A stretch of DNA of 64,000 bases from Octopus bimaculoides (GCF_001194135.2 NC_068986.1:26360022-26424021), one strand, 5' to 3'. Positions 14,888 to 50,152 are shown, counted from the stretch's first letter. Numbers and translations are program-made. Notes: generated by a model from the letters alone, not told the origin.

Positions 14888-16418
14888 CAGTGGTGGGCAC
14901 AGCCAACCAAAAAGTTAGCTTTGCTAACTGCTAATCTGCTAACTAAAAAATTAACTTTGCAAATGCTAAACCGCTGAATAGGTAAAAAGAATTAGCTGAA
15001 GCTAATGCTAACTGATAATTGCTAACTTTTATCATATAAATTTAGATTTGGTTTGGTTTTGGGGGCTCTAAAACCCTTAAAAAGCAGACCTAGAGAGCTG
15101 AAATTTTCATGTAGCTTAGACATAGAGACTTCCAAAAAGGTCTAGTATACCAAGATCAGATGACAATCAAGGTTTATGCAAATAATTAAGTGAACAAGTG
15201 AAATTAAACATTAGTTTTTCAGAAATAATATATTTCTAAATCTCTCAGAGAGATCTATGCAGTAGTGGTACGATGAAGTAGTTGTATGCTGTCAACTTAA
15301 TGTGACAGTCCCCTGAAGGGAATAATACTACTGTTGGATAGACCTAGGAAGCTGGACCGCTTCCTGTCGGCCTTGACACATTTCCTGTGTCCTTATGTCA
15401 CATTAAGTTGACAGCATACAACTACTTCATTAGTTTTTCAGTCAACATACACTTTATTTACTGTACTAAACAAAGTATTAAACAAATCAAAAGAGTATAG
15501 TATAGGTATCATGCCAAGATCAGGTGATGATCAAGGTGTACTACTCTGGCTGGGCCTTTTCCGTCGCCTCGACATGATGCTGGTTGCCCTTCATAAATAT
15601 CAGCATCTCAAAGTTACCATCTGACAGGGTGGCTCTCTTGGCCCTAAAAATATCTTTGCCTATAGAGAATAGGTGCTCAAATGCAGCATTGGATGGGATG
15701 GAAATGTTACACTTGGTGAATAGGTTGATCAAGACCTGCTCACTCAAAAAGGTGACTTCAGTCAGGACTGCCTTTGAGATGGCCTCCAGCCAGGTCTTCC
15801 GTTTGTCCCCTCTGTGTGTAGCCCCTCATGTAAAGAAATAAGAATCAGTGAAGATCTGCAGTTTCAGCTGTGTCATCACCCTGTGGATAGCTCCCCTATT
15901 CTTCTCCAGCAGATTGTTGAGGATAATAATAGAGTCGGAGGTAGAGTTCCATCTGGTACTGTTGGGGACCACCAGTCTCCTCTTCAATGTGTCCAGAATG
16001 CTGTCTGTCACCACCATGCTGCGGTTCTGCAGATTCCACAGCTGCTGTGTCTTGGACATGGCTTTCCTGTGGGCCGACTTGAATGAAGCACTGTCAAGTG
16101 CCTTGTCGGTATCCATGCTGGCTACCAAATTGAAGGTATGGGCTGTGCACTTGATGTGCACTGGCATGTTGAGGCCTAGGCTGCAGGACTCATCAAGAAC
16201 AGCATTGACAGAGGTGTACTCAGCTTTGTCCATATCCCAGCCTCGGGATCCACATCCAGGGCCACATCCTCAATGCCCCCCACATCTGGATCGGATGCAG
16301 TCTGAAGAATGTCTGGCAAGATTTCAACTTCTGTACCAAACTGCATAAATGCCTTGACAAAGTTTTTGCCATTGTCTGTTGTGGTCCTGGTCACCTTGTA
16401 TTGCAGATGGAACTTGAG
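14888..16418 (-). mobile_element. hAT (Ac-like) DNA transposon relic: 3' terminus CAGTGGTGGGCA at 14888 plus frameshifted, internally deleted transposase (15541-16418)
   Basis: Motifs VTRTTTDNGKNFVKAF, CTAHTFNL, NSTRWNS and dimerisation domain SNAAFEHLFSIGKDIFRAKRATLSDGNFEMLIFMK. No matching 5' TIR found. Confidence 0.9.
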
Positions 16419-17298
16419 GCAGGACAGTATCTTATAACCAGATTTTGTTTATAGAAATCACACATTGTAGTTTAACATTTGTTTCTAGGCTGTTCTAAAT
16501 TCGTGGAAATATTGCTTATAATTTAAAGCCTTGATATTAAACTTTTGAAAATAGTGACACTATCCTGGTAGGTGATGTGTTGTGGTGAGAGGAATGAATA
16601 ACCGAGATGAGGGATGGAATGATGGCTGGAATTTGATAAGTTCAGAACTTAAGGTTCGTTTATGTGTTATTTCATTAAAGACTGCTGTTTTGGCTGCGCA
16701 GACTTAATCATGAGTGGAATATATGTATACCATATATTGTATATTATGACATTTATTTCAATTTATATATATATCTATGTATATAAACTTATTGTTGATA
16801 AAGACTGTGTGCCATTCAATTATTTATTAAATAAAAATGAAAAAATACATTAAGTACAGGACATCACCAATGAGTAAAAAATACATAAACACACAAGAGA
16901 CAAGTATGAGTCAAAATACAAAAAGAAGTCTAACTCCTCCTCAGTTGTCAACTGTTTATTACTATCTGTTTTGTGCTTTTAATGACAAGATAGCAGCATC
17001 CAGAAATTTTAAAGATATAAAATTTGTAAAGAGGTAGGACTTTGAATGAACAACTGACACCAGAGTGGACGTATAGAAATGATCGGTGTCATGGGTTCAA
17101 TTGCTAGACTGGACAGCTCATTCAGTTCTTGAGCAAAACACTTCATTTCATGTTCTTCCAGTACACTCAACTATAAATGTCAGGGAGAATGTTAGCCTGC
17201 TCACTTAACCAGCAGGGTGGTCTCATTTGAAAGCTAAAACAATGCATTGTGACCAGTGATGTATCAGAAAACATCCAATGGTTGAGTCTGTGGTATCA

Positions 17299-17360
<62 letters not shown>

Positions 17361-17878
17361 GTGAACCCTTCAATACAAGCACTACACTCAAAACCAAAAA
17401 CATAACACACACAACCATTAAAACAAAAAGCCTTACAAAAACAATAATCTTGACCTTATCCTATTTTAAGACCAAGCCTTAACTTCGGACAATGACGAGT
17501 GAAGTTGAGGTCAACAGCACATACCTATAAATAACAACACATCTCAAACACACACACCTCCCACAGAACACTAACTAACAAAATTTACTTCAATCAGTTC
17601 ACTTTGAGGATGACCAAATGGATGGACCTTAATAAAGCTGTTCCGACAATATTGTATGCTAGGTTGCATTTGCAACAGTGAGAAGAAACATGTGTAGGTC
17701 ATTATAATATGTTGTATATAACTATAAAATAAAATAAATTTTGTGGATGTATAAGTCTCCATACTCTTTATTCTTATTCATATATATAGAAATATACTTT
17801 ATTGAAAAGCAGCAGAAATATCACAAAAACTGTTACTAAGAGTTTTCCGTTCCCGTTCATTGGAGAGTTTTGTTTAGA

Positions 17879-17929
<51 letters not shown>

Positions 17930-19549
17930 TATATAGATACATGTGTGTGTGTGTGTGTGTATTTGTGTTTGTCCCCCACCACTGCTTGACAACTGGTGTT
18001 GGTGTGTTTATGCCCCATAACTTAGAGGTTCAGTAAAAGAGACTGCTAGGATAAGTCCCAGACTTTAAAATGAGAACAAATATAAGTACAGGTGTTGATT
18101 TACTTGACCAAAACTCTTCAAGGTGGTGCCCCAGCATGGCCACAGTCTCATGACTGAAACAAGTAAAAGATAACAGGTAATTCTTAAAAATAACTCTATT
18201 TCCGTTAAGTCCACTTACAAGGACTTTATTATTCTAAGAGATTATTATTAAGAACTGTAACCGCATTCTATTTGCCATGGCATTCTGTATAAATCTGGAT
18301 TTAATTCTCTTTTATTGCTGAATTCACAGGTAGACCTGCAGATAACAACAGTAAGAATGTTGTTTTGATAAAATCATAAATGAGAAGCAGGAACGATAGA
18401 AGAGAGATGAGAAAAAGTAGCTGCTAGAAGTCTCCAAAATGAACTTCTCACTTTGGTAGTCTTTAGAGTGATGGTTACTTGGCCCAATAGTAGTATTTTC
18501 CCATATTATAATCTTCCTCACAACAACAAAACAACTTCTAGAAAACAACATGAGTGTGGATAATAAACTGTTACTCTAATATTGCATGCACTTTTACTAA
18601 TCAGCAAGGTTGCCTCAATTCAGTAGCTCAGCCTGCCAGAAGAAACAGTAAAATTTCCTTTAAATCACACCCTACAAACTTAAAAAGGAGGACACATTGG
18701 ATAATATAGTCCAACATATCATTATAAAGATGAGATAGTTTTGGTTGGAATGTCACTGATCATAGGTCTACATAAGCAGGCTTGACTTAGAATTAAACAA
18801 CAAGTGTAAAAGCATGTGTACAAACAAATGTAATAATTGTTCAATTAATAATTAAATGAAGCAATTGAAGTATAATAAAATAATGACTGTAGCATCATAT
18901 AATGACTGTAGCATCATGGAATGACAACACTACATGAACAAAATCAATATCTTTGAATACATTAGATATTCGTAGTTGCTTGACACTTTGGATGCATTTG
19001 CTTTGGCATAATAAAGTGACACTGCCAGATACCATTCAACTTAGTAAATGGAAAGAAGTTATTTTAAAATGTCGGGATAACTGACAAGGATCACCTCTTT
19101 GGAATCTACTTTGCCATAAGGAGGAACATTGCTAGTAATTTAGAATCTCTTCATGTTGGACAGATTCAGATTCTGATATTTTATGTAGTTTTACTGGTCT
19201 AAACTGATAGGCCTTGCTTATCAGTGCATATGTACTGATTAGCCAACTGTACAACTGATGAGATGTTTCTACTTTGACTTACTCTCTCTCTCTTATTTTT
19301 TCTTAATGAGGAAATACCCAGCCTTAGCATCAGACAAAATACCTTGGAAGTATTTCTTCCAGTCATATTCTGATTTCAAATCCTGCCTTGGTCAGCTTTG
19401 CTTTTCATCCTTTTGATGTTGATGAAATAAAATACTAGTCACTTGACTAGTATAATACTGTGACTAATCTCTCCCCTCAGAATTGCTGGTCTTGTGCCTA
19501 AATCAGAAACAATTATATCATCTCCATTATGCAATCTAGTACTTATTTC

Positions 19550-20900
19550 ATTAAACTATAATTATAGTTAAATCCACCTTTGGTGTAATTACACGTAACC
19601 TGATACTCATATTCTGCGAGGCATTTTTGCTTGATGCACTGATAACACTTATCCACATGCATACATAACAAATGATGAAGGACAGTAACAAGTGATAAAA
19701 GAGTCTGCCTGGCATTGTGTCGTATACATGAATCCAAAATTCTAAGATTTGGGATCAATGCATATTGATCCCAAACAGTTCTTAGAAATTTTTTGAGATA
19801 ACCATTTCATCTAATCTGTAGGCTTGTGGGTATTTTTCACTATGATGCTCATAAATTCCAAACGGTGTCTACTTTCTGCTAAGAGACTATCATTGTTGCA
19901 CTCTGGCAATTTTTTTGATTTCTGGTCTTCTGTTATTTTTCTTCTCAAATATTTAAATCAATCAACTTGCTTCAATGTCCTTCTGCCATTTCAATTAGTT
20001 TGAATATTTTCTTTTTACTTTTGTTTTCAGCATTTATTTCTATTCTTTATTTTCTTAAAGTTATATCAAGATTTGTTAAACATCTAAGTTCATCTTCATT
20101 ATGTCCTATTAAATCAATGTCACCAGCAAAATGGAAATTATTGACTACTCTTCCTCTTATTTTTTCTACAAAAGACTAAAAGCCTTTTGCCATTTTGTAT
20201 TTTAGGAATACAGAGAAAAAGCTTGTTGTATTATAGTAACAACAAATATTTTAAAGAGCAATAGTAAAATCAGTTGTACTCAACAGGTATGGATCATAGA
20301 CATTAGATGTTCAAAGTCTGAATATTGAACTAATGAGATTTTTAGGAAAGAAATTGTTGGAAATACAATGAACACCAAAATTCTTCTGTTTGTTGCTAAA
20401 AGAAAATGAAGTGACACTCTCTCCCAAGCAAATATAGTTATGCATGGAGAAAGCCCTGGTAAAAGTGATATTGGAATACCACAAAAAGGATGATTGAGCA
20501 ACATTGAAAAATGGCCTGAGAAGATAGTAGAAAACATTAGGTTGACTGCTAAATGGATGAGACGGAGGGAGGATACCTTCTAAGGTTATGAGTTTTTGAT
20601 TGGTTGATTGATTATAGATTCCAAATTATTCAGGGCAATCTTATATCCCTAACAATCATTGATATCCAAGTATATTATGGATGCAGTCATGCTTTGACAT
20701 TTCTGATTTTAGCTGCAAGGACACACCTTTAGTACATACATACAAAGTGATCAGCTTCTTATATTTGGAACTTGTTTTGGCCTAGACTAGAGACCTATTT
20801 AGCCTTTGGCATAATGAAACTTCCAGAAGTTGTCTTCAGATTTCAGTTTGCATACTTCTATTGCATTTGAGGGTAATCTGAATTTCAATGTCATGACAGA
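19550..20900 (-). mobile_element. Old, heavily decayed RTE-like LINE reverse transcriptase
   Basis: Manual minus-strand translation gives RGRVVNNFHFAGDIDLIG..EDEL (about 20100-20160, FADD-like), EINAENKSK, YL..KITED and KCL; many stops and frameshifts. Boundaries approximate. Confidence 0.65.
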
Positions 20901-20983
20901 AACATGGATGGACAGCTCAAGTGATACTTTGGATTGCTAGCATCACCTTCACCTCATTTACGTTGTTGATCTACAAAATGATG

Positions 20984-21879
20984 TCATCGTTAAATGTCCG
21001 CTTTCCATGCTAGCATGGGTTGGACGATTTGACTGAGGAATGGCGAACCAGATGGCTGCTCCAGGCTCCAATCTGATCTGGCAGAGTTTCTACAGCTGGA
21101 TGCCCTTCCTAATGCCAACCACTCCGAGAGTGTAGTGAGTGCTTTTACGTGCCACCGGCACGAAGGCCAGTCAGGTGGTACTGGCAATGGCCATGCTCAA
21201 GTGGTGTTTTTTACATGCCACCTTTACAGGAGCCAGTCCAGCGGCACTGGCAACGACCTCACTTAAATTAATTTTCACGTGCCAGTAAGGTGATGCTGGT
21301 AACGATCACGCTTGAATGGTGCTATTTACGTGCCACCGGCATGGAAGCCAGTCAGCTGCTCTGGTAGCGATCATGCTCGGACGGTGCTCTTAGCGCTCCA
21401 GTGTCACGGGTGCCAGTCATCGAATTTGATTTGATTTTGATTTCACTTGCCTCAACAAGTCTTCACAAGCAGAGTTTAGTGTCCAATGAAGGAAAGGTAT
21501 GCATAAGTGGGCTGGTTACACCACTGGCATAGGCCACGGGTTATGGTCTCACTTGACTTGCCGGGTCTTCTCACGCGCTGCATATTTCTAAAGGTCTCGG
21601 TCACCAGCAGAGGTAAGAGCTCTCTGAACTTTGCCCAGGCTATTCTTATTCTAGCAGCTACACTTTCAGCGCACCCTCCTCCGCTACTGACTTGGTCACC
21701 TAGGTAACAGAAGCTATCAGCTACTTCTAGTTTTTCTCCCTGGAATGTGACGGAAGTTGTTTTCTGCATATTTTCAGTGTTTATTGCTCCTGAGCATCTT
21801 CTACAAACAAAAACTATCTTCCCAGTTAGCCTTCCCTTGATATTGCTGCACCTCTTATGTGTCCATAGCTTACACTGGG
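20984..21879 (-). mobile_element. RTE-clade LINE, 5'-truncated and internally deleted, with intact 3' UTR and (ATG)-type tail
   Basis: Translation QCKLWTHKRCSNIKGRL..CRRC..GEKLEVADSFCYLGDQVSSGGGCAESVAARIRIAWAKFRELLPLLVT then jumps to the element 3' end shared with 5095-5250, 57029-57297 and 62950-63165. Confidence 0.85.
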
Positions 21880-23099
21880 TTATTATGATAGCGTTGTCAA
21901 AGTAGAAGCTAATGTTTTGAGTTCTTTCAGAGCTGCCATGAACTGTTTAGACTCATGAATACACAAATGAAATCTAAAGCTTTGGTAAGCATTGTCTGGT
22001 TGATTACAATATTCAGCCTATGCAAAATTATATCAAGCATCAATTTCTTTTGTAGCTATAGATGGTTGCTTTTGATGCCAAACCCTGTTCAGAACACAAC
22101 TCATTTAATATTTAGCCTCTCTTTGTTAGCTGATATAGAATCATTAATTTTATTTCTTTAATGCTCGGCAGTTATCCATAACACTGCAGTAAGTAATACA
22201 AAGACACAGCTTCACCCTCATAAACATTAGCTAACACTTGTCACCATGTAGAGACATTTAGATATAAATTAAAAAGCAATGTTCTCTAACAAAAGGAATA
22301 TGTTCCTGTCCCACACCGTAAAGTTAAGGCACCTTACATAGGATTATAAATTAAGAAACTTTGCAACAGCTAATCACATGCTCAATATAATCTCAATCGC
22401 CAAAAACAAGTGGATAATAATAGATTAATTCGTAGACATGAATAGATGAATTCTTATTCACGAAATTTCACATGCAAAATGGGATTTGATTAGATCATTG
22501 TACAAAACATATTTGTCAAAATTTTAAAGAATCTATTTTAAAATTAGACGATAATTGACAACCGTGCCTGGCCAACCTAATTAAGGCTTCATCCATTGTA
22601 ACAGCTTTTATTGATCAATAACCAATATGTCGGCAAGCCAAAAGAATACGACTTGAATATTACTGAATTAGTAGCATAAGTTTACATCATCAGTGACTAC
22701 TAGGAGCATACATAATGCATTGTTGCAATTGTGTGCTATTGAACAAAATACTTATCATAGCTTCTTTATCAGCTATTTTGTGCAGCTGGGATACAGACGG
22801 TTAGTATGAATAAAATTACTCAGTCTTTTTGAGAGAGCAAAGAAAGCAAGATATAAAATCAAACTGAACGTATATATAATTTCAGTTTGGTTTTACATGT
22901 CAGGATTGTTTTTAAAAATAGGAATATCAATAATCAAGGTATCTTTAAAAAAAAAAAAAATTACCAGATCTACACATACACTTAGTGAATGCTTGGGAAA
23001 AACCTCACAATAACAGACTATGCAAGTCTAATCAATATGACAAGTGATCAAAAAGGCAATCGCTATAATAGCAAATAAAAATTTTCTAAGCTAAGAAAA

Positions 23100-23433
23100 T
23101 ATATGCGCGCAGTTGGGTAGAAGAAGGTTTTGAAGTGAGATGAGGCGTCACCGCGTAATGGGGAATAAACAACCACATCGATGACGAAGATGGTGATGGA
23201 TAGTCACATGATCGTCAGTCACATGATAAATCGCCATCGTCATATGCAACAACGCTACAAACTCTTTCGGACGAGTCCAATATATGCTTGGAGTGCCGCA
23301 AATTGCCTTGCACTCCCACGAAGCTGAAATAGACTGCGCTACTTGTTGAACTAGTCCACAATTTCATCTTGTCGGCCTTACTATCAACTGTAGCTATTTC
23401 GCAGCTGGACATAACAACTGCTACACATACAAG
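23100..23433 (+). promoter_or_regulatory. CpG-rich promoter/5' UTR region of REEP5 with two GTCACATGAT E-box motifs (23203-23212, 23218-23227)
   Basis: Local cluster of CpG dinucleotides (tgcgcgca, gcgtcaccgcg, cgccatcg) in otherwise CpG-poor DNA, directly upstream of the ATG. Confidence 0.65.
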
Positions 23434-45047
<21,614 letters not shown>

Positions 45048-48000
45048 GAAAAACAAAGTGAAAGAAATGTAAAAATAAATACCAACAGAAGTGAAGATTT
45101 CATTGGAGTGTCTACTTTTCTGCCACAAATCCAGCCTTCCAGCTATTAAAACTATTTAACCCAAACAATCATTTCAGCCATCTCTTTTCTAATGCTTCAA
45201 TTTTTTTTTTTTTTTTCTTAAACCTGTACTGCAAGGCCCTTTTAATTTTTTTTTATCTGGCATTCCAATTTTTGTTTCTGGTCCTTGCCATTTAGACTCT
45301 TATGAAGTTGTTTGTATATCAATGTACTAGTTTTACTTTTGTATTTTTCTATTTGAAGAATATGTTGTAATATTTTGTTTTTGATTAAAAATATACTCTC
45401 CTCTTTTAATACCACCATGTCATATTTAGCTAAGATGGCACCAATTCAAGTGTTAAACATCAAGAAATTTGATTCAGCTCAGTGTTTGATTCTGAAATGG
45501 ATCTTGGAACACTTCAAACATTTGCTGGTGCTTAACTGCATTTTTGCTACATTGGGTGCAATGATTTGTCTCCATAGTTATTGAGAAGAAAAAAAAAAAA
45601 AGCAAAACTTTAATTAATATCTGGAAATTTCTTTTCCCAATAAATATAGATTTTTACTAAGTTTATAATATAACTAAAAACAGTTTTCAATATTGTTTTA
45701 TGAAAGTATTTTTAGTTTGAATACTTTCCTGGTAATTATCAAAGCACCATTTAATCTTTCTCTCATCTACATATCTTTTGGCTGGAACAATAATTTGCCA
45801 TTATTATATGGATGTTTTTTTTTTAAAATTTTTTTTATCCCTTCCCAAACATAACTTCCAAATATTTCATAGCTAAATTCTAATTACTGACATCTACTTT
45901 CTGGAGTGTTATTGATGTTTTAAAGAACTATCCCCCCACTTCCACTCTACATGAATGCAACTATTTTGTTTTTGTATGTCAGAAGCGAAGCAGAGAATTT
46001 CTTTGCTTCCATCACAAAATAGCAATTAACTTCTTGGCTTCTTTTAAGTGACCATTTCACTGCTTGGTGCCTGCTGTGATTACCATATTCTTTGGCTGTG
46101 CATGTAGTACTGTGAAAGGTTATGTGTTTTTGTTTAGAACATTGTATGCATTCCAATAATGGATCTACAAGAAAATCACGCTGCGTGTAAGTCATGTGGA
46201 ATATTTTTCTACACTTCCCCTTTTGGTGATAATATGTAAATAAAACTCAGTTTTCTCTTTAATTGTCCTTTGTATGTTTTTTTTCCTCCCCCACTTCTCA
46301 CAAGCTTCATCTGAATTAACTATTTTGCCATCATTTTTTTTTTTTTGTAAACATCATTCTACTCATATTTTCTCTATGAAACTATTCAAATTCAAGATTC
46401 CTAACGAAATTAAATTTGGTTGCTTTTTCTTACTCATTGTTTCGAAAAAGAAAAACGTTATTTAAAAAGTTATTGTAACTATGGTAACTTAAATAAAAGT
46501 GAATAATAATTCTTCAAAAGCTGGAATTTTTTTTTCTTTCCTGAATGTTTTAATTTTCACACTTACTTTGCATGGCTGTGTGCTTAAATTTGCTTTTCAA
46601 CCATGTTTCAAATTTGATCTGTGTGTGGCACCTTGGGCAAGTGTCTTCTACTATACAGCCCTGGGCCAATAAGTCTCATGAGTCGAATTGACAGATGGAA
46701 ACTGTGAAAGCCCGTTGTGTGTAACTGCAGATGCTGACATTCCATCACTTGTTACTAAAATGGTAATGTGCTGATATTACAAACAGCTGATGTGTACCTG
46801 TTCAAAAACCAGTGGAATAAGATTACTGACTTGAAAAACTAGGATTGGTGATAGGAAAGGCATGCTGCATCAAATTTCTATCCAAGTCGAAGTAGCATGG
46901 ATAAAAATTTTAATATCTTTGGAACTAGTGTAAATAATTTACTGTAACGAGGAACTTCTATTTCTACATGATTGGTGCACCACTCTACTTTATGGATATT
47001 GGCAAACAATATATCTGTTCAGCTCGTGGCAGCATACCAACAAAACTAATCTATTTGTCGTAATCCTACCTTCTGATCTAAAGATGTTTGACTCTTATCA
47101 AGTTAAAACAAATCTGCATAAATAGGATATCTTGACTGCATTATATAGTTTTGTTTTGAATCGATGATTGTACTAATTTTTAGGATAACTTAAGACTTGG
47201 ACTTGGCACTTTCAACCTAAGAAGTCACCTGTATTCTTTGCTCAAGTAGCACAAAGCTACAATCCTATAGAATTCCATCATCCCAGTTGTGTGTGGGGGG
47301 GGGGGGGGGGGGGTGCAATGTACCTGGTAACCCTGTCATGAAATTTTTACAGCCAGTTTCAATTTAGATCACAAAATTTGTAGTGTAAAACCAGGGGTGT
47401 TCTTAGGTTGGTATCCAAAGAGTTAAGATTGCAATAGGCTGACTGGTTCTGCAAACTTGGATATTTTGACATTATAAATGTTTTAGTGCTGGCTGGCAAA
47501 TGAACTTCAGAGTTGTGCTGTTCTCTCAAAACCAATATCTACTTCAAGGACAAGTAGAAAAGCTACAGTTTTGTAGACATTTTTTAAGATTACTGTCCTT
47601 TGCAAAATTTCTCTAGAGTAAAATCTGCTAAAGAGCAAGATGAATGAACAAAACTTAATTTTACATGCATTTGATAGGGGAGATAGACTGAGTATTAAGG
47701 GCTCATGGGCATAATTATTTACTGGGTCCCTTTGAATGTGTGTTCTAGTAGAGTTAACATTTAAAGTGCAGGCCCCTCAGGCGCTGCCCATTTGACCAAC
47801 AGCTCAGTCTGCCCCAGCCTTAACCCATTTTACTTGGTATATAACTGGCCGAGATAGACATGGGCACAGAACAAAAAGCTCTGATTATAGGAGAAACATG
47901 AAAAATGGAAATCACATGCTGCTAAATATGGGATTTTCCATTATAAATGAGGAAAATCAGAAGCAGTATGAGCAATGCAAGTATGGTTACTTGACCTAAA

Positions 48001-48681
48001 CATAATAGTTAAATCTTCTTATCCTATTTGTTTAGATAAAGACACCTGATATAACATCCTTGATACATTGAGGTGGTTGGTTATAATTGAAATGCTTTTG
48101 ATTATATGTCTACACAATCATGACTAAACAAAAATATCAAGAGCTGTACAAACTATACTTCATGGTAAATGAAAAATTGTCCATTACAGTGCTGGAAGAT
48201 AAGATAAACCAGAAATTTTCAAACTACACTAAAATTTGTTACTAAAGAAGCAATTGTTTTGTTAGCAATAACTTTTTTTTTCTTTTTTAATAAGTTAAGA
48301 TGAGCTGGGCCTGTGTCTGTGGTTTTTATAGATCATCATCATTGTTTAATGTCCACTTTCCATGCTGGCATGGGTGGGACAGTTTGACAGGAGCTGGCAA
48401 GGCAGGATTTTTACAGCCGGATGCCCTTCTTAACACCAAGTGTTTTTTACATGGCACAAGCACAGGTGAGGTCGTGGTTGATAAATTAGCTTGAACATTT
48501 CTTAGAAAAATTAAAGAATTTCAAGAGTTATCAAAGGAAACAGCAGAAGCAAAAGTATGTAGTTGATTTATCAGAACAAACATTATAGTGGCAACCAAAT
48601 ATTCTGCTTTTGTTCTCTTTATTACATTCATTGTACCTTTTCTTTTTTTTCTTGAGCCCCTGGACTGATAATGCCTTAACC

Positions 48682-48823
48682 CAGGGGCAAACTGAGAGTA
48701 TTAAGGACTCACGGGCATAATTATTTACTGGGCCCCTTTGAATGTGTGTTTTAGTAGAGTTAACATTTAGAATGCAGGCCCCTCAGGCAGTGCCCATTTG
48801 ACCAACAGCTCAGTCTGCCCCAG
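48682..48823. mobile_element. hAT-type MITE (142 bp) with 8-bp TSD CCTTAACC/CCGTAACC; second copy plus right flank at about 47675-47861
   Basis: TIRs CAGGGGCAAACTGAG versus reverse complement CTGGGGCAGACTGAG; an 8-bp TSD is typical of hAT. Confidence 0.7.
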
Positions 48824-49942
48824 CCGTAACCCATTTTACTTGGTATATAAATGGCTGAGATTACAACCCTGAGCTGAACACTATTAAGTTGCAGATTCAA
48901 GGCCAGTAATTTTTGAGGAGAGAGGACAAGTTGATTATATTGATGCCAGGACTTGACTGGTATTTTATTTTAATTGACCCCAAAGGGATGAAAAGCAAAG
49001 TTGACCTTGGCAGGATTTAAACTCAGAATATAAAGATCTGGAAGAAATACTGCTAAGAATTTTCTTTGATGTTCTAAATCTCCTTCTGCCTGCTTGCTGC
49101 TGCCCAACCATGTACATTTTTCTAGAATTACACTTTGTTGAAAAGTTGGCTGATAAAAAAAATTTCTTCCTGTTCTAACAAAATATTCCTTTGAGTATTC
49201 TTGTTCTAACAAAAAATTATTCCTTTGAGTATTAGAGTCAAACCTCAGTAATCTGAACATCAATTATCTGAAATTTAGATTATCTGAACATGTCAAGATG
49301 GAGTTTATCAAGGTAGATTTTCTACAGCTGGATGCTCTTCTTGCTGCCAATACTCACCTGTTTCAAAGGAAGGCAATAATTCCCTATGGCCAGACATGTT
49401 TTTACAGAATATTGAAAATGAATGACACTACTTGTATGGCAGTAAAACTCATTTACAACTGTCATCATGTGATGTCAGGACAAGAAAACACATTCATACA
49501 TACATTATCACATGTCTCTATATAGAAGGTGGCCCAAATGTAGGTTTATAGTTATCACATAGGCACTTTAAATTTCTTTTAAAACATTTTATCACATTTA
49601 AATTTCCATCTTACAATTAACTAAATTCGCATAAAATAATGGTTTCATATTTTTTCATAATCAAGATCTAAACTTAATATATGAATGCGAAAGAGATAGT
49701 TGAATAACTGTAAACCTACTTTTGGGCCTGTATACACAAGATCCTGTGAATATTGTGTGTAAGCCAAATTAGCATAGTACCAGTCCAACCATTTCAGCTT
49801 TTGATTACAATGATTAAAAAAGAATATGCTTTACTGAAGAACACATGAAAACATTACGACAATGGTGCTATAATTACATCTGTTGTTTACAGTTATCAAA
49901 ATATCACATGTTGATTGGTTTGATTTTAGTTGATCACATTAA

Positions 49943-50152
49943 CCCTTTTTGTTACCAAATTCCTGTTCTACTACACTACCTGTGTTTTAATTAACCTTAT
50001 TAATAAAGAAGTTATTTAGCAAAATAAATTATTAAACTGGAGTTTGAAAAATGAATTAACATGAAATGGTTATGGAATTTTAGACCACTTTACAATAGGG
50101 AGTTTGTGTCAGAGATCTAGGGATTATCTTAGGCAGTTTGGTATCAAAAGGG
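49943..50152. mobile_element. piggyBac-like MITE; a similar element lies at 39254-39444
   Basis: TTAA|CCCTTTTTGTTACCAAA ... TTTGGTATCAAAAGGG|TTTAA: CCC/GGG termini in TTAA-like context. Confidence 0.6.

Noticed and set aside
15584-16348. Plus-strand ORFs of 85-166 aa
   Set aside because: They are antisense shadows of the hAT transposase.
17600-17750. Second possible Penelope/hammerhead remnant (TTGAGGATGACC..GAAACATGT..AATAAA)
   Set aside because: The core is mutated and no stem II can be formed; too degenerate to call.
23215-23412. 65-aa antisense ORF in the REEP5 promoter as a divergent gene
   Set aside because: No recognisable protein, no splice donor, and it overlaps the REEP5 5' region; short ORFs are expected in GC-richer DNA.
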